Assembly: GCA_043812195.1 (NCBI GenBank) | Contig: JBDRML010000029.1 | Location: forward strand, 14,212 to 78,211 | Direction: 5' to 3' | DNA length: 64,000 nt | Source of the DNA: Candidatus Woesearchaeota archaeon | GTDB taxonomy: Archaea; Nanobdellota; Nanobdellia; SCGC-AAA011-G17; PNOQ01 | Part shown: one piece after another, positions 46,052-56,140 of the stretch | How the letters are laid out: every line of letters begins with the position of its first letter | Position numbering within the stretch: position 1 is the stretch's first letter | Made by a program: the position numbers and the translations under genes | Notes under the pieces: generated by a model | The model's input: only the letters and a program-made list of their open reading frames with translations | Database searches by the model: none | What the model was told of the DNA's origin: nothing

Positions 46052-46984
46052 ATGAAACTTAAAACAAATCAAATCAAAATAATTTGTAATAAACTTAAAT
46101 GTGACTTAATTAGCGGGCGTTTGCTGGCTCGCGGAAGCCATAATGAAAGTTATTTAATTAAAACGAAAAAGAAGAATTACATACTTAAAGTAGAGAATAA
46201 TCCAGGTTACGTTAAGAGAGAATACAAGATGCTTGCTGGTTTAAAAGAAGGTCTTGCTCCAAAAGTTTATTTCTTTGATTCTTCTAGGAAGATAATACCA
46301 AAGCCATATCTAATTGAAGAATTTTTAAAAGGAAAAAATCCACCAAAGAAAGCAAATAAAGGTTTTATAATTCAAATGGCGAAATGGTATAAAAAGCTTC
46401 ATTCAATCAAATCCTTAAAAATACCCAATGATGAGAAGAAAAGAATATATTCATTATTCTACTGGTTTGAATCAAATTATAAAAAATTTGAAAAAAATAA
46501 AACCATGTTGGATAAAAAATTAGGCAAAGAAATATCTGATAAATTTAAACGAGCTTTGGAAATTTGTAAACAAAATGATAAAATATTTTCAAACATAATT
46601 AATTTCTCATTAAATCACAATGATCCCTCTAAAGAAAATGTATTTATTAATAAAAAAAAGATTAGACTGATAGATTGGGAATTTTCTGGATTTGGAATTC
46701 CAGAAAGAGATATTCTCACTTTTTTTAGGCAATATAAACTAAATAAGAATCAGAAGAATCTATTCCTTAAATCCTACAAATATCCAACCAAGAGCATTAA
46801 AAAGCTTAATGTGTTATTCTTAATACTATTAGCTTCAGATATTAATTATCTGATAAACCGCTTAAATTCTGTAAAAGAAGGAAAAATTAGTTCTAAACAG
46901 CAAAACACAAATGAAAGTTCCCTAAATAAAAGGATTTTGGAGATTTTTTGTATGTTTAAGATAGCTTTAAAAGAAATTGATTAG
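46052..46984 (+). CDS. Aminoglycoside/choline-kinase-fold (APH family) kinase
   Basis: LNHNDPSKENVFI...IRLIDWEFSG (HxDxxxxN ... IDWE). Confidence 0.65.
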   Translation: MKLKTNQIKIICNKLKCDLISGRLLARGSHNESYLIKTKKKNYILKVENNPGYVKREYKMLAGLKEGLAPKVYFFDSSRKIIPKPYLIEEFLKGKNPPKKANKGFIIQMAKWYKKLHSIKSLKIPNDEKKRIYSLFYWFESNYKKFEKNKTMLDKKLGKEISDKFKRALEICKQNDKIFSNIINFSLNHNDPSKENVFINKKKIRLIDWEFSGFGIPERDILTFFRQYKLNKNQKNLFLKSYKYPTKSIKKLNVLFLILLASDINYLINRLNSVKEGKISSKQQNTNESSLNKRILEIFCMFKIALKEID

Positions 46985-47081
46985 TGTTATCAATAATCTT
47001 CGGAACTATTATCCAATTTTCTTATAATGCAAGTTTCCCCCTTTACATTACGCATTTAAATACAAAAAAATAAGCAAAAAC

Positions 47082-47089
47082 TTTATAAA
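47082..47089 (+). promoter_or_regulatory. TATA box for aEF-2
   Basis: aaaCTTTATAAAc lies 24 nt upstream of ATG 47114. Confidence 0.55.
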
Positions 47090-47113
47090 CAATTCCAATT
47101 CTCAAATTCTGTA

Positions 47114-50100
47114 ATGGCAGAAAAATCAGTAGAACAAATAAAAAAAGTAATGAATAACCCAAGCCATATAAGAAACATCGCTATCGCAGCCCATATCGAT
47201 TTTTTTTGAGATAAATTCTCAAAAGACGAGTGCATGGGAAATGCATAGCACCAGATTCAAGGCTCATTCTAAGAGATGGAACTATGTTAACTGCTAAAAA
47301 ATTATTTAACTTAGCAGAGAAAAAAGGAACAAAATTTGAAGAAACGAAAGACCATATAATTTATGATACTAACTCATTAAATTTAGAAGCATTTTCCCTA
47401 AACAAAACTAATGGAAAATTAGAAAAAAAACCAATACAACTAGCCTGGAAATTAAAAGGTGGGGACTTAATAAATATTAAATTAAGAAACAATTTCAACA
47501 TTTCCACAACACCAGAACACAAATATTTAGTCTTAGAAAATTTAGAGTTTACAGAAAAAGAAGCTAAAGATATAAAATTAGGAGATAGAATAATCTGCCC
47601 AAGAAAGCTTGAAACTAATTCAAATATTAACATAAAACGCACAATTCTACTAAAATTAGCTGAAAAAAGATTTTACGTTAAAGTAAACAAAATCTTAGGA
47701 GAAAAAATAAAAAAATTCGTTCTGAAAGAAAAAGAAACAATAAAAAAAATAAACAAAGAAATAAAGTATAAATCATTTTATCATGGTTCATGGCAAAATA
47801 GATATTTATTAAAAGACTTAATAGAAATTTCAAGTTTAATAAATATAAACTTGGAGTATTTGTATAACAATATAGAAACAATAATTTATAGAAGCGGAGC
47901 TCAAAGAGGAAAAAGCTCGCTGCCAACAAAATTACCACAAAACTTTCAAAACTTTTATTATCTAGCAGGATTGTTTGTAGGAGATGGACATCATAAAAAA
48001 TTCATAGTCGGAAAAAATGAGTTAAAATCTAAATTTGTAGAAATTTGCAATGAATTAGGAATAAATGTAACATATAGAAATTATGAATACAGAACAGAAG
48101 AAATAGTAACAAACGCTACCTTATTAGAAATATTAAACTCATTATTTGATTATCCAAAAGTCAAAAAAAGCCATAATGTAAAAATATCAGAATTTCTTCT
48201 ACTATCTCCAAAAAAATATTCTTCAAAATTCTTAAGAGGATACTTCGATACTGATGGATGTGTAGAAAAAAGCAGAAGAGCAGTAACAATATCGTCTGCC
48301 AGTGATAAAATGATAGCAGATTTAAGTATGTTTTTATTAAGATTCGGTTGCATACCAATCATAGAAAAAGACAACACAATAACAATTAGTGGACAATCCA
48401 TGATAAATTTTATAGCAGAAATAGGATTTGAAATTAAAGCAAAAATAGCCAAAGCAAACTCCATAAAACAAACAATAATCGGAAGCATGGTTTCAGATGT
48501 TATACCAGTAACACATAGTAACGGAATGATTTCACTACAAAAAAACTTCACCAATTCAGAAAAATTAATTAATTTTTGTGAAAAAAATGATATCAGCATA
48601 GAAAATATAAGTAAAATATTAAGTAAAGATATCTCATACATAGAAGTAAAAGCTATAGAAACAAAAAATGAAGAATTTGTATATGACTTCACAGTAAAAG
48701 ACAACCATAACTTTGCTGCAGAAGGTATGATTATTCATAATACCACATTTTCAGACAATCTTTTAGCAGGTGCAGGCATGATTTCTAAAGAACTAGCAGG
48801 TAAACAATTAGCCTTAGATTTTCACGAAGATGAGGCAACAAGAGGTATTACAATAGATTCAGCTAGCGTATCTATGCTTCACACAGTAAAGGGAGAAGAT
48901 TACTTAATCAATTTAATAGACACACCAGGTCACGTAGATTTTGGTGGAGATGTTACTAGGGCTATGAGAGCAGTTGACGGTGCAATTGTATTAGTAGATG
49001 CAGTTGAAGGAATAATGCCTCAAACAGAAACAGTTCTAAAACAAGCTCTAAGAGAAATGGTAAAACCAGTTCTTTTCATAAATAAAGTTGACCGTTTAAT
49101 CAAAGAAGTTAAACTAACACCACAAGCAATGCAAGAAAGATTCATTAAAATTATATCAGACGCTAATGGGTTCATTGAAACTTTTGCACCAGACGAATTC
49201 AAAAAGAAATGGCAATCAAACGTACAAGACGGAAGCGTAGCTTTTGGTTCAGCATTTCATAATTGGGCATTAAGTTTCCCATACATGCAAGAAAAAGGAA
49301 TAAGCTTCAAAGATATTATAGATGCTTATGAAAAAGAAGATTGGAAAATTTTAGCAAAGAAAGCACCATTACATGAGGTTGTTTTGGGTATGATAATTAA
49401 ACACCACGTAAATCCAATCACAGCACAAGCATACAGAATTCCAAAAATATGGAAAGGAGATTTAGATACAGAAATAGGAAAATCTTTATTAAATTGTGAT
49501 CCAAAAGGACCTGTAGCATTTATAGTAACAAAAATAGTAATAGATAAACATGCAGGAGAAGTATCTGCAGGAAGATTATTCTCAGGAACATTAAAACAAG
49601 GTGATGAAGTTTGGCTTAACATGGGTAAAAAGAAAGTTAGGTTACAACAGGTATCAATTTACAAAGGCGCACAAAGAACTGCTTTTAATGAAATTCCAGC
49701 AGGAAACATAGCAGGTTTAGTAGGATTAAAAGATACATTCGCAGGTGAAACTATATCTTCAGAACCAATGGAACCTTTCGAAGCAATTAAACATATCTTT
49801 GAACCTGTAATCACAAAATCCATAGAAGCTAAAAAAGCATCAGACTTAGCAAAATTAATTGATGTTTTAAAACAAGTTGGAAAAGAAGATCCAAGTATCA
49901 AAATAGAAATCAATGAAGAAACTGGAGAAAATTTGATGCATGGTATGGGAGAATTACATTTAGAGATTATAGAAAACAGAATTAAATCTGAAAAAGGTTT
50001 AGATGTAACAACTTCAGAACCAATCGTTGTTTACAGAGAAACAGTTTCAAAAGTAAGTGCAGAAAAAGAAGGTAAAAGTCCAAATAAGCATAATAAATTC

Positions 50101-50811
50101 TATATGGTTGTAGAACCTCTAGAAGATAGTGTGTATGATGCAATAAAAGCAGGAGATTTACCAGAAGGTAGAATAAAGAAAAAAGATACAGAAACTATTC
50201 AAAAATTAGTGAAATTAGGATATGATGCCAAAGAAGCTAAAAATGTAAGACAAATTTACAAAGGAAACATGCTAATTGACAACACAAGAGGTATTGTTCA
50301 TATCGGAGAAGTTATAGAAATGATTATGGATGCTTATCAACAAGTTATAGACGCAGGTCCTATTTGTAGAGAACCTTGTGGAAAACTAAAAGTAAGAATT
50401 ATGGATATGAGACTACACGAAGATGCAATTCATAGAGGTCCAGCACAAGTTTATCCTGCTATCAGAGAATCAATAAAAGAAGCAATGGCAGATGCTAAAT
50501 CTCACTTACTAGAACCTATTCAAATTGTACAAATAGAAAGTCCAGCAGAATATTTAGGAGAACTATCAGCATTAGTTCAAAATAAAAGAGGACAACTATT
50601 AAATGTAGATCAAGAAGGTGAACACATTACTGTAAAAGCAAAATTACCAGTAGCAGAAATGTTCGGCCTAGCATCAGATTTAAGATCAACAACATCCGGA
50701 AGAGGAGTATACTTCATAGTAGATCAAATGTATGAGAAATTACCAGAAACTCTACAAGAAAAAATCAGAAAACAAATAAGATCAAGAAAAGGTTTAAGTG
50801 AAAACGCTTAA
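47114..50811 (+). CDS. fusA: Translation elongation factor aEF-2, interrupted by a 32-nt frame-breaking insert and a 500-aa intein; predicted join(47114..47200,47233..50811) before protein splicing
   Basis: N-terminus MAEKS..IRNIAIAAHID, then HGK, the intein, then TTFSDNLLAGAG, DTPGHVDF and NKVDR. The C-terminal domains are intact. Mature size is about 721 aa. Confidence 0.9.
47201..47232 (+). other. Candidate bulge-helix-bulge intron within the aEF-2 coding sequence (32 nt)
   Basis: Hand-folded BHB: helix 47190-94/47234-38, bulge UG|C, central helix 47195-98/47227-30, bulge AU|U, 10-bp helix 47202-11/47217-26. Removing the insert restores GAT|CAT (D|H) in frame. Confidence 0.6.
47242..48741 (+). 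mobile_element. Intein (500 aa) with a LAGLIDADG endonuclease domain, inserted in the EF-2 P-loop (GK|TT)
   Basis: It starts with Cys (CIAPDSRLIL), has block B TTPEH, LAGLIDADG motifs YYLAGLFVGDGHH and FLRGYFDTDGCV, ends ..GMIIHN, and the +1 residue is Thr. Confidence 0.88.
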
Positions 50812-51215
50812 TTTTCTTCTTTTTCTTCAGCAACTTTATTTTCTAAACCATTAGTTTTTTTATTATTCCAATGATTTGGTAAATTTGTAAATATATTACT
50901 ATGGTCATCTTTATAATTCTTTAATGTAGCAAATGCACCAACACCAGCAATAGCTCCAAAAATCTCTGGTAAAAGAAGATTATATGCCTTATTTAACACA
51001 GGAATATTCCTTAATCCAGGCATTTGACTAAGAATCGCTAAACCAGCCCTAACACCAAGTATTATACCATCAAGCTCCAAAGCTTCATTTAAATTAGGAT
51101 CAGCCCCCACAACAGCTCTTAAAAGCAAACTACTACCATAACCAGGCACAAATGCCCCAAAAAGAGTCATTGAACTATAACCTAAAACAGCCAATCCTTG
51201 TTTCACATATTTCAT
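50808..51215 (-). CDS. Hypothetical membrane protein (Gly/Ala-rich helices)
   Basis: ORF with three hydrophobic segments. It is on the opposite strand between fusA and tuf. Confidence 0.4.
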   Translation of the reverse strand: MKYVKQGLAVLGYSSMTLFGAFVPGYGSSLLLRAVVGADPNLNEALELDGIILGVRAGLAILSQMPGLRNIPVLNKAYNLLLPEIFGAIAGVGAFATLKNYKDDHSNIFTNLPNHWNNKKTNGLENKVAEEKEEN

Positions 51216-51330
51216 TTTAACTCGACTATGAGAATATACAAAATCTTATAAAGCATTCTAAAACACAAACAAAACATTTATAAACCCCCTAATTGTTCAA
51301 AATCTGTTATAATCAAGAGGAGGATTACAA

Positions 51331-52617
51331 ATGGCTAAAGAAAAACCACACATAAATATTGTATTTGTAGGTCACGTAGATCACGGTAAGTCTACTACAG
51401 TAGGTAGACTAATGTATGACTCTGGAAATCTACCAGAACAGGAACTTAGAAAATTAAAAGAGAAAGCTCAAGAGTTAGGAAAAGCAGGTTTCGAATTTGC
51501 TTTTGTTATGGATAACTTAAAAGAAGAAAGAGAAAGAGGAGTTACAATTGACTTATCTCACAAAAAATTCAATACTCAAAAATTTGAATACACAATTATA
51601 GATGCTCCTGGACACAGAGACTTTGTTAAGAACATGATTACTGGAGCAAGTCAAGCAGACGTAGCTTTCTTAGTTATTGCAGCTGGTGAGGGTATTATGG
51701 CCCAAACTAAAGAACACTTAATTCTTTGTAAAACAATGGGAATTAATCAAATCGCTATTGCAGTTAATAAGATGGATACTGTTAATTATGCTGAAGATAA
51801 ATTTAACGCTGTTAAAGTAGAAATCTCAAAGTTTTTAACACCTATGGGATATAATCCTGCTGAAACACCTTTCTTAGCAATTAGTGCTCTTAAAGGAGAT
51901 AACATTGCTAAAAAATCTGAAAATATGTCTTGGTATAAAGGTCCAACAATACTTGAACAATTAGATTTATTCAAAGAACCTGAAAAACCAACAAATTTAC
52001 CATTAAGACTACCTATTCAAGATGTTTATAACATCCCAGGTATTGGAACAGTACCAGTAGGAAAAGTAGAAACAGGTGTAATGAAAGTAGGACAAAAAGT
52101 AATTGTTATTCCTGCAAGAGAAGGTAAAGGTGTTACAGGCGAAGTTAAGACTATAGAAATGCATCATGAACAAATGCAAGAAGCTATACCTGGAGACAAC
52201 GTTGGTTTCAGTGTAAGAGGAATTGGTAAGAAAGACATTGCAAGAGGAGATGTTCTTGGAGATGTTAACAATCCACCTACACTAGTAAGTGAATTTACAG
52301 CACAGATATTTCTCATGGACCATCCAAGTGTTATGACAGTAGGATACACACCAGTATTTCACATACACACAGCACAGGTAGCATGTCAAATAACTAAGTT
52401 AATAAAAAAGATTAACCCAGCAACAGGTGAAACAATAGAAGAAAATCCAGATATGTTAAAAAATGGAGAAGCAGCTATTGTTCAAGTTAAACCATCTAAA
52501 CCTTTAGTAATTGAAAAGAAATCAGACATTCCACAAATGTCAAGATTTGCCATTAGGGATGCTGGATCAACAGTTGCAGCTGGAACCTGTATTGACTTAA
52601 TAAAGAAGACACTTTAA
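51331..52617 (+). CDS. tuf: Translation elongation factor EF-1alpha
   Basis: [18 protein letters not shown] and NKMD. GAGGAGG lies upstream of the ATG. Confidence 0.95.
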   Translation: MAKEKPHINIVFVGHVDHGKSTTVGRLMYDSGNLPEQELRKLKEKAQELGKAGFEFAFVMDNLKEERERGVTIDLSHKKFNTQKFEYTIIDAPGHRDFVKNMITGASQADVAFLVIAAGEGIMAQTKEHLILCKTMGINQIAIAVNKMDTVNYAEDKFNAVKVEISKFLTPMGYNPAETPFLAISALKGDNIAKKSENMSWYKGPTILEQLDLFKEPEKPTNLPLRLPIQDVYNIPGIGTVPVGKVETGVMKVGQKVIVIPAREGKGVTGEVKTIEMHHEQMQEAIPGDNVGFSVRGIGKKDIARGDVLGDVNNPPTLVSEFTAQIFLMDHPSVMTVGYTPVFHIHTAQVACQITKLIKKINPATGETIEENPDMLKNGEAAIVQVKPSKPLVIEKKSDIPQMSRFAIRDAGSTVAAGTCIDLIKKTL

Positions 52618-52619
52618 AT

Positions 52620-53288
52620 TTAATCTATTTCTTTTATTTTTTTATTTATTTTATCTCTGTATAAATATATTAATACACTTAATATAGACACAGCTAATAT
52701 TAAAACAAAAACCTGTGTAAAATTATAATGTGAAACACCTGCTCCTATTAAAGTTGCTATTAATATGCTCGGAAATCTTCCCAAAATAAGTACAAATAAA
52801 AATGGACCTAATCTAATTCCAGATGCTCCAGCCAAAAAAACAATAATATCAGAAGGAGTTATAGGTATAGCAAATATAATAAATAAAAATAATAATTTCT
52901 TTCTTGCCGGAAAGTTCTCAAGCCTTTCAATATTTTCTTTCTTAAATATTTTAATAAGAAATGGTTTTCCAAATTTTTCTCCTATCTTAAATGCAATATA
53001 TCCACCGATAATAGTTCCAATTATAGCATAAAGAGTTCCTTCCCAAAATCCAAATATAAAACCAGCTGCAGTCACAAAAGGCGCACCAGGTATAGGAGCC
53101 AATAATATCTGTGCAATAATCATAAAAACCATAGCTATTCCAGCAAAATCTCCAAATCCTAAAATATGCTCTTTAACAGCATTTAAATTTTGAATAAAAG
53201 TTAAGATATTTTCTCTAAAAATAAAACTAAGAAAAACTAAAATTAATAAAATAAAAACAACAATAAATGATTTAGTATATTTTTTCAT
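52620..53288 (-). CDS. DedA/TVP38-family membrane protein
   Basis: A multi-TM protein with ..PIPGAPF..AAGF..G motifs. Confidence 0.65.
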   Translation of the reverse strand: MKKYTKSFIVVFILLILVFLSFIFRENILTFIQNLNAVKEHILGFGDFAGIAMVFMIIAQILLAPIPGAPFVTAAGFIFGFWEGTLYAIIGTIIGGYIAFKIGEKFGKPFLIKIFKKENIERLENFPARKKLLFLFIIFAIPITPSDIIVFLAGASGIRLGPFLFVLILGRFPSILIATLIGAGVSHYNFTQVFVLILAVSILSVLIYLYRDKINKKIKEID

Positions 53289-53330
53289 TATTCTTTAAAT
53301 TTAAAAATAAAAGATTATAAACATATCTGT

Positions 53331-54311
53331 TTAATTTGGAACCCTTATTCTATAACCTGCTGAAATTCTATTATAATTCTTAATATCTAGATTGACTATT
53401 TTAAGTTCATCTACTGGTACATTATGTTTTATACTCACATCATTAAATGTTTCTTTATTTCCAAGACTATATGGTCTTGTATTCTCAATTTTCTTAGAGA
53501 ATAATTCTCTTTGTTCATATCCTAATTGATTAGTTTCTATTAATTTCATTAATGCACCGGTCTTTGCAATATAATCTCTTAAATGAGAATATCTATTTAA
53601 TAAAGAATTGCCACTAAGTTTAGTATAAACTCCATCATGATACGTTACAAGAACTTGCTCCATAGTTGGATTATTATTCCCTCTTTCTTTATATTCTTCC
53701 TTTATTTCCATAATATGGTTTCTAAACATTTTTATACTTTCATTAGGCAAATATCTTGTATCAAAATCTCTTTCTATTACAGCTCCATTTCTTTTAGCAG
53801 TTTCAGCATTAAACTGATACAATCCCTTTGGACCTGTTGGAGATTTAGCTCTTGGATCGCCCATTGATTCAGCAATAGCCAAAGCATAAGCAAAAGAAGT
53901 GTCTATACCAGAAGAGTTTACATAATCCATATAACTTGATAATTTGCTTCTTGCTTCTGAATATGATTTATATTCAAAATTTTGATCTCCATTACTATTT
54001 CTCCTTAAAATCCTATCCGCTCTCCTATCAATAATTCCCTCAAGATCATCAGATAACTCAAATCCAATTCTTGGAGTTTCAACTTTTACATATTTAGCTT
54101 CGTTAGTTAATTCAACAGCTGTACTATCTTCAGCTAAACTATCTAAATTTTCTCTATTATTAAATGAAGATCCTGTAGAACTTGCAAGTATTAAAGCAAA
54201 TACAACAGCAGAAGACAAGCTAGCTATACCATTTAATAGGCTTCTTCTATTTCTCCTTCTTATTAAGTCTCTTCTCATTTTAAATTGAAAACATTTTGTC
54301 CAGAACAGCAT
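53331..54311 (-). CDS. Secreted lytic transglycosylase (SLT)-like domain + C-terminal LysM-like domain
   Basis: ALAIAESMGDPRAKSPTGPKGLYQF (ES...S..G..GL.Q) and the C-terminal ..VPVDELKIVN......ISAGYRIRVP. An N-terminal TM/signal segment is present. Confidence 0.65.
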   Translation of the reverse strand: MLFWTKCFQFKMRRDLIRRRNRRSLLNGIASLSSAVVFALILASSTGSSFNNRENLDSLAEDSTAVELTNEAKYVKVETPRIGFELSDDLEGIIDRRADRILRRNSNGDQNFEYKSYSEARSKLSSYMDYVNSSGIDTSFAYALAIAESMGDPRAKSPTGPKGLYQFNAETAKRNGAVIERDFDTRYLPNESIKMFRNHIMEIKEEYKERGNNNPTMEQVLVTYHDGVYTKLSGNSLLNRYSHLRDYIAKTGALMKLIETNQLGYEQRELFSKKIENTRPYSLGNKETFNDVSIKHNVPVDELKIVNLDIKNYNRISAGYRIRVPN

Positions 54312-54475
54312 ATTTATATAAATTTCGATGCTATAGTGTATTTTTTGCCCCTATTTTAAAAGATGTATTTTTTTATAACAACTTATTTATAAATCTTTCT
54401 ATTTGTTATTACTAATTAGAAGTTATAGAAACTAAAAACAACTCTTTAAAGAACCAGCAGAGAGCAGCAGAAACC

Positions 54476-54483
54476 TTTATAAA
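54476..54483 (+). promoter_or_regulatory. TATA box for rps10
   Basis: aaaCCTTTATAAAt lies 25 nt upstream of ATG 54509. Confidence 0.55.
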
Positions 54484-54508
54484 TAGCCTATTCACCACAA
54501 CTATTTAA

Positions 54509-54820
54509 ATGCAAAAAGCAAGAATAAATTTATCAAGTATAAATATAGGAAAACTAAATCAAATCTGCGAATCTATTAAAGATATCGCTGAAAAAACTAA
54601 AGTTGTATTAAAGGGTCCTATTCCTTTACCAACTAAAAAATTAAAACACACAGTAAGAAAATCTCCAGATGGAGAAGGTAAAGCTTCTTGGGAAAACTAT
54701 GAATTAAGAATCCATAAAAGATTAATAGATTTAGGTGTAGATGACAGAGCTTTAAGACTAATTATGAGAGTTCCAATCCCAGAAGGTGTAGATATAGAAA
54801 TTGAACTTTTAGAAGAATAA
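54509..54820 (+). CDS. rps10: Ribosomal protein uS10
   Basis: KGPIPLPTKKLKHTVRKSPDGEG...ELRIHKRLID. Confidence 0.93.
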   Translation: MQKARINLSSINIGKLNQICESIKDIAEKTKVVLKGPIPLPTKKLKHTVRKSPDGEGKASWENYELRIHKRLIDLGVDDRALRLIMRVPIPEGVDIEIELLEE

Positions 54821-54885
54821 AATATAAAAGCTTAAAAAGAACAAATATCCTATAATATCATATCAAACTTAAAAAGGAGGCAAAA

Positions 54886-55386
54886 ATGGGAAGATTAAAA
54901 AGACCTGAAAAAGGAATTACAGGAGCAATAACACACCCAGTAAGAACTCTAAAAAAATTAACTACATATGCATTAATAGGATATGGTGTATATTGTTTTG
55001 GTGGAGGAGCAGTTTCTACCTTAACAAAACCAGAAGCAGACAGAAAATTTTCAACATATGTTGGAGAAGTAATTAAAAGAGCAGATGATCCAATTATTCT
55101 TTATGGAAATATTGCTAGAGAAGTAAGTGAATTTAGAGAAGGTTATAACAAGAGTATGGAAGAATCAGATTATAAAAAAATACATAAAGAAGTTATTGAA
55201 AATTTAGAAAAATTAAGAGATGCAACAAAAAATAAAAAACTTAAAGATACGTATCAAAGACAGATAGATGAAATCGAAAAAATTACACCTGAAGAAAGAG
55301 CAAAATTAATAAGAATGTTTGAAGCAATAGGTGAGGGGTTCGAAAGTGCAGGAAATAAAGGAAAAACTGAAGAGACTTCACAATAA
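54886..55386 (+). CDS. Hypothetical protein with one TM segment
   Basis: ORF with AGGAGG upstream and a hydrophobic segment YALIGYGVYCFGGGAV. Confidence 0.4.
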   Translation: MGRLKRPEKGITGAITHPVRTLKKLTTYALIGYGVYCFGGGAVSTLTKPEADRKFSTYVGEVIKRADDPIILYGNIAREVSEFREGYNKSMEESDYKKIHKEVIENLEKLRDATKNKKLKDTYQRQIDEIEKITPEERAKLIRMFEAIGEGFESAGNKGKTEETSQ

Positions 55387-56140
55387 AATAAAAAAGTCTT
55401 TCAAACCTTTCTTAAAATTTGGTTCAGCAATAAAATTAATTTATTTATATGGATCTGTAACTAAAAAATACAAACCAACTTCTGACATAGACATACTCAT
55501 AGTTATAGATAACACAAAACAGCTAAAAGAATCCAAAATAAAAAACATAGAAAAAACAGCAGCTAAGATTACAAAAGATTTTAAAAAAATGGGAATGGAT
55601 CTACACATTCAACCATTAAAGCCATTAAGCTTATGGTGGAAAATTTTAATCGATGGTGAACCCTGGATGATAACATCTATTAAAAATAGTATAGTAATCC
55701 AAGATAAAGATAATTTAATGAAAGAAATAAAACAATTCATTAAGAAAAAAACAGTTTATAGCAGAGAAGAAAGAGCAGAAAAGTTATTAGAAAGAGCAGA
55801 AAAATTTCATTCTGAAAACAGAGATTTATTATTAGACACAATTTCATTATTGTCCAACGCAGCCACAGAATCAGCACAGATCTTGTTATTATTCGATAAT
55901 AAAATAATTTTCAATAAAGAAAAAATACTAGAATCACTAAAAAAGAAATATTCTAAAGAAATCAATTTAGGAACATATCAAGAAATAATAGATTTAGAAA
56001 AAAAAGCCAGAAAAGGAACGCTAACAGAATTTTCAGGAAAAAATTTATCTTATTACACAAACAAAGTTCAAAATTTCATAGAACAAATAGAAATTCTAAC
56101 TTTAAAAATATCAGAGGAATATATTAAGAATGAAAAATAA
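55331..56140 (+). CDS. Nucleotidyltransferase-domain protein (MNT/Pol-beta superfamily) with a helical C-domain
   Basis: LYGSVTKKYKPTSDIDILIVID (GS..DxD). There is no ATG near the 5' end, so a GTG start is assumed. Confidence 0.55.
   Translation: MRGSKVQEIKEKLKRLHNKIKKSFKPFLKFGSAIKLIYLYGSVTKKYKPTSDIDILIVIDNTKQLKESKIKNIEKTAAKITKDFKKMGMDLHIQPLKPLSLWWKILIDGEPWMITSIKNSIVIQDKDNLMKEIKQFIKKKTVYSREERAEKLLERAEKFHSENRDLLLDTISLLSNAATESAQILLLFDNKIIFNKEKILESLKKKYSKEINLGTYQEIIDLEKKARKGTLTEFSGKNLSYYTNKVQNFIEQIEILTLKISEEYIKNEK

Noticed and set aside
47198-47241. Translational bypass or programmed frameshift, or the track's GTG start at 47230, as an explanation for the broken EF-2 N-terminus
   Set aside because: A 32-nt gap needs more than a +1/-1 shift. 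A gene-60-style hop needs a landing codon matching GAU immediately before CAT 47233, and the codon there is GUG. The only synonymous GAC (47225-27) leads into a frame that hits TAG. Starting at GTG 47230 would delete the N-terminus and half of the P-loop. The exact fit of the BHB cut sites explains the data better.
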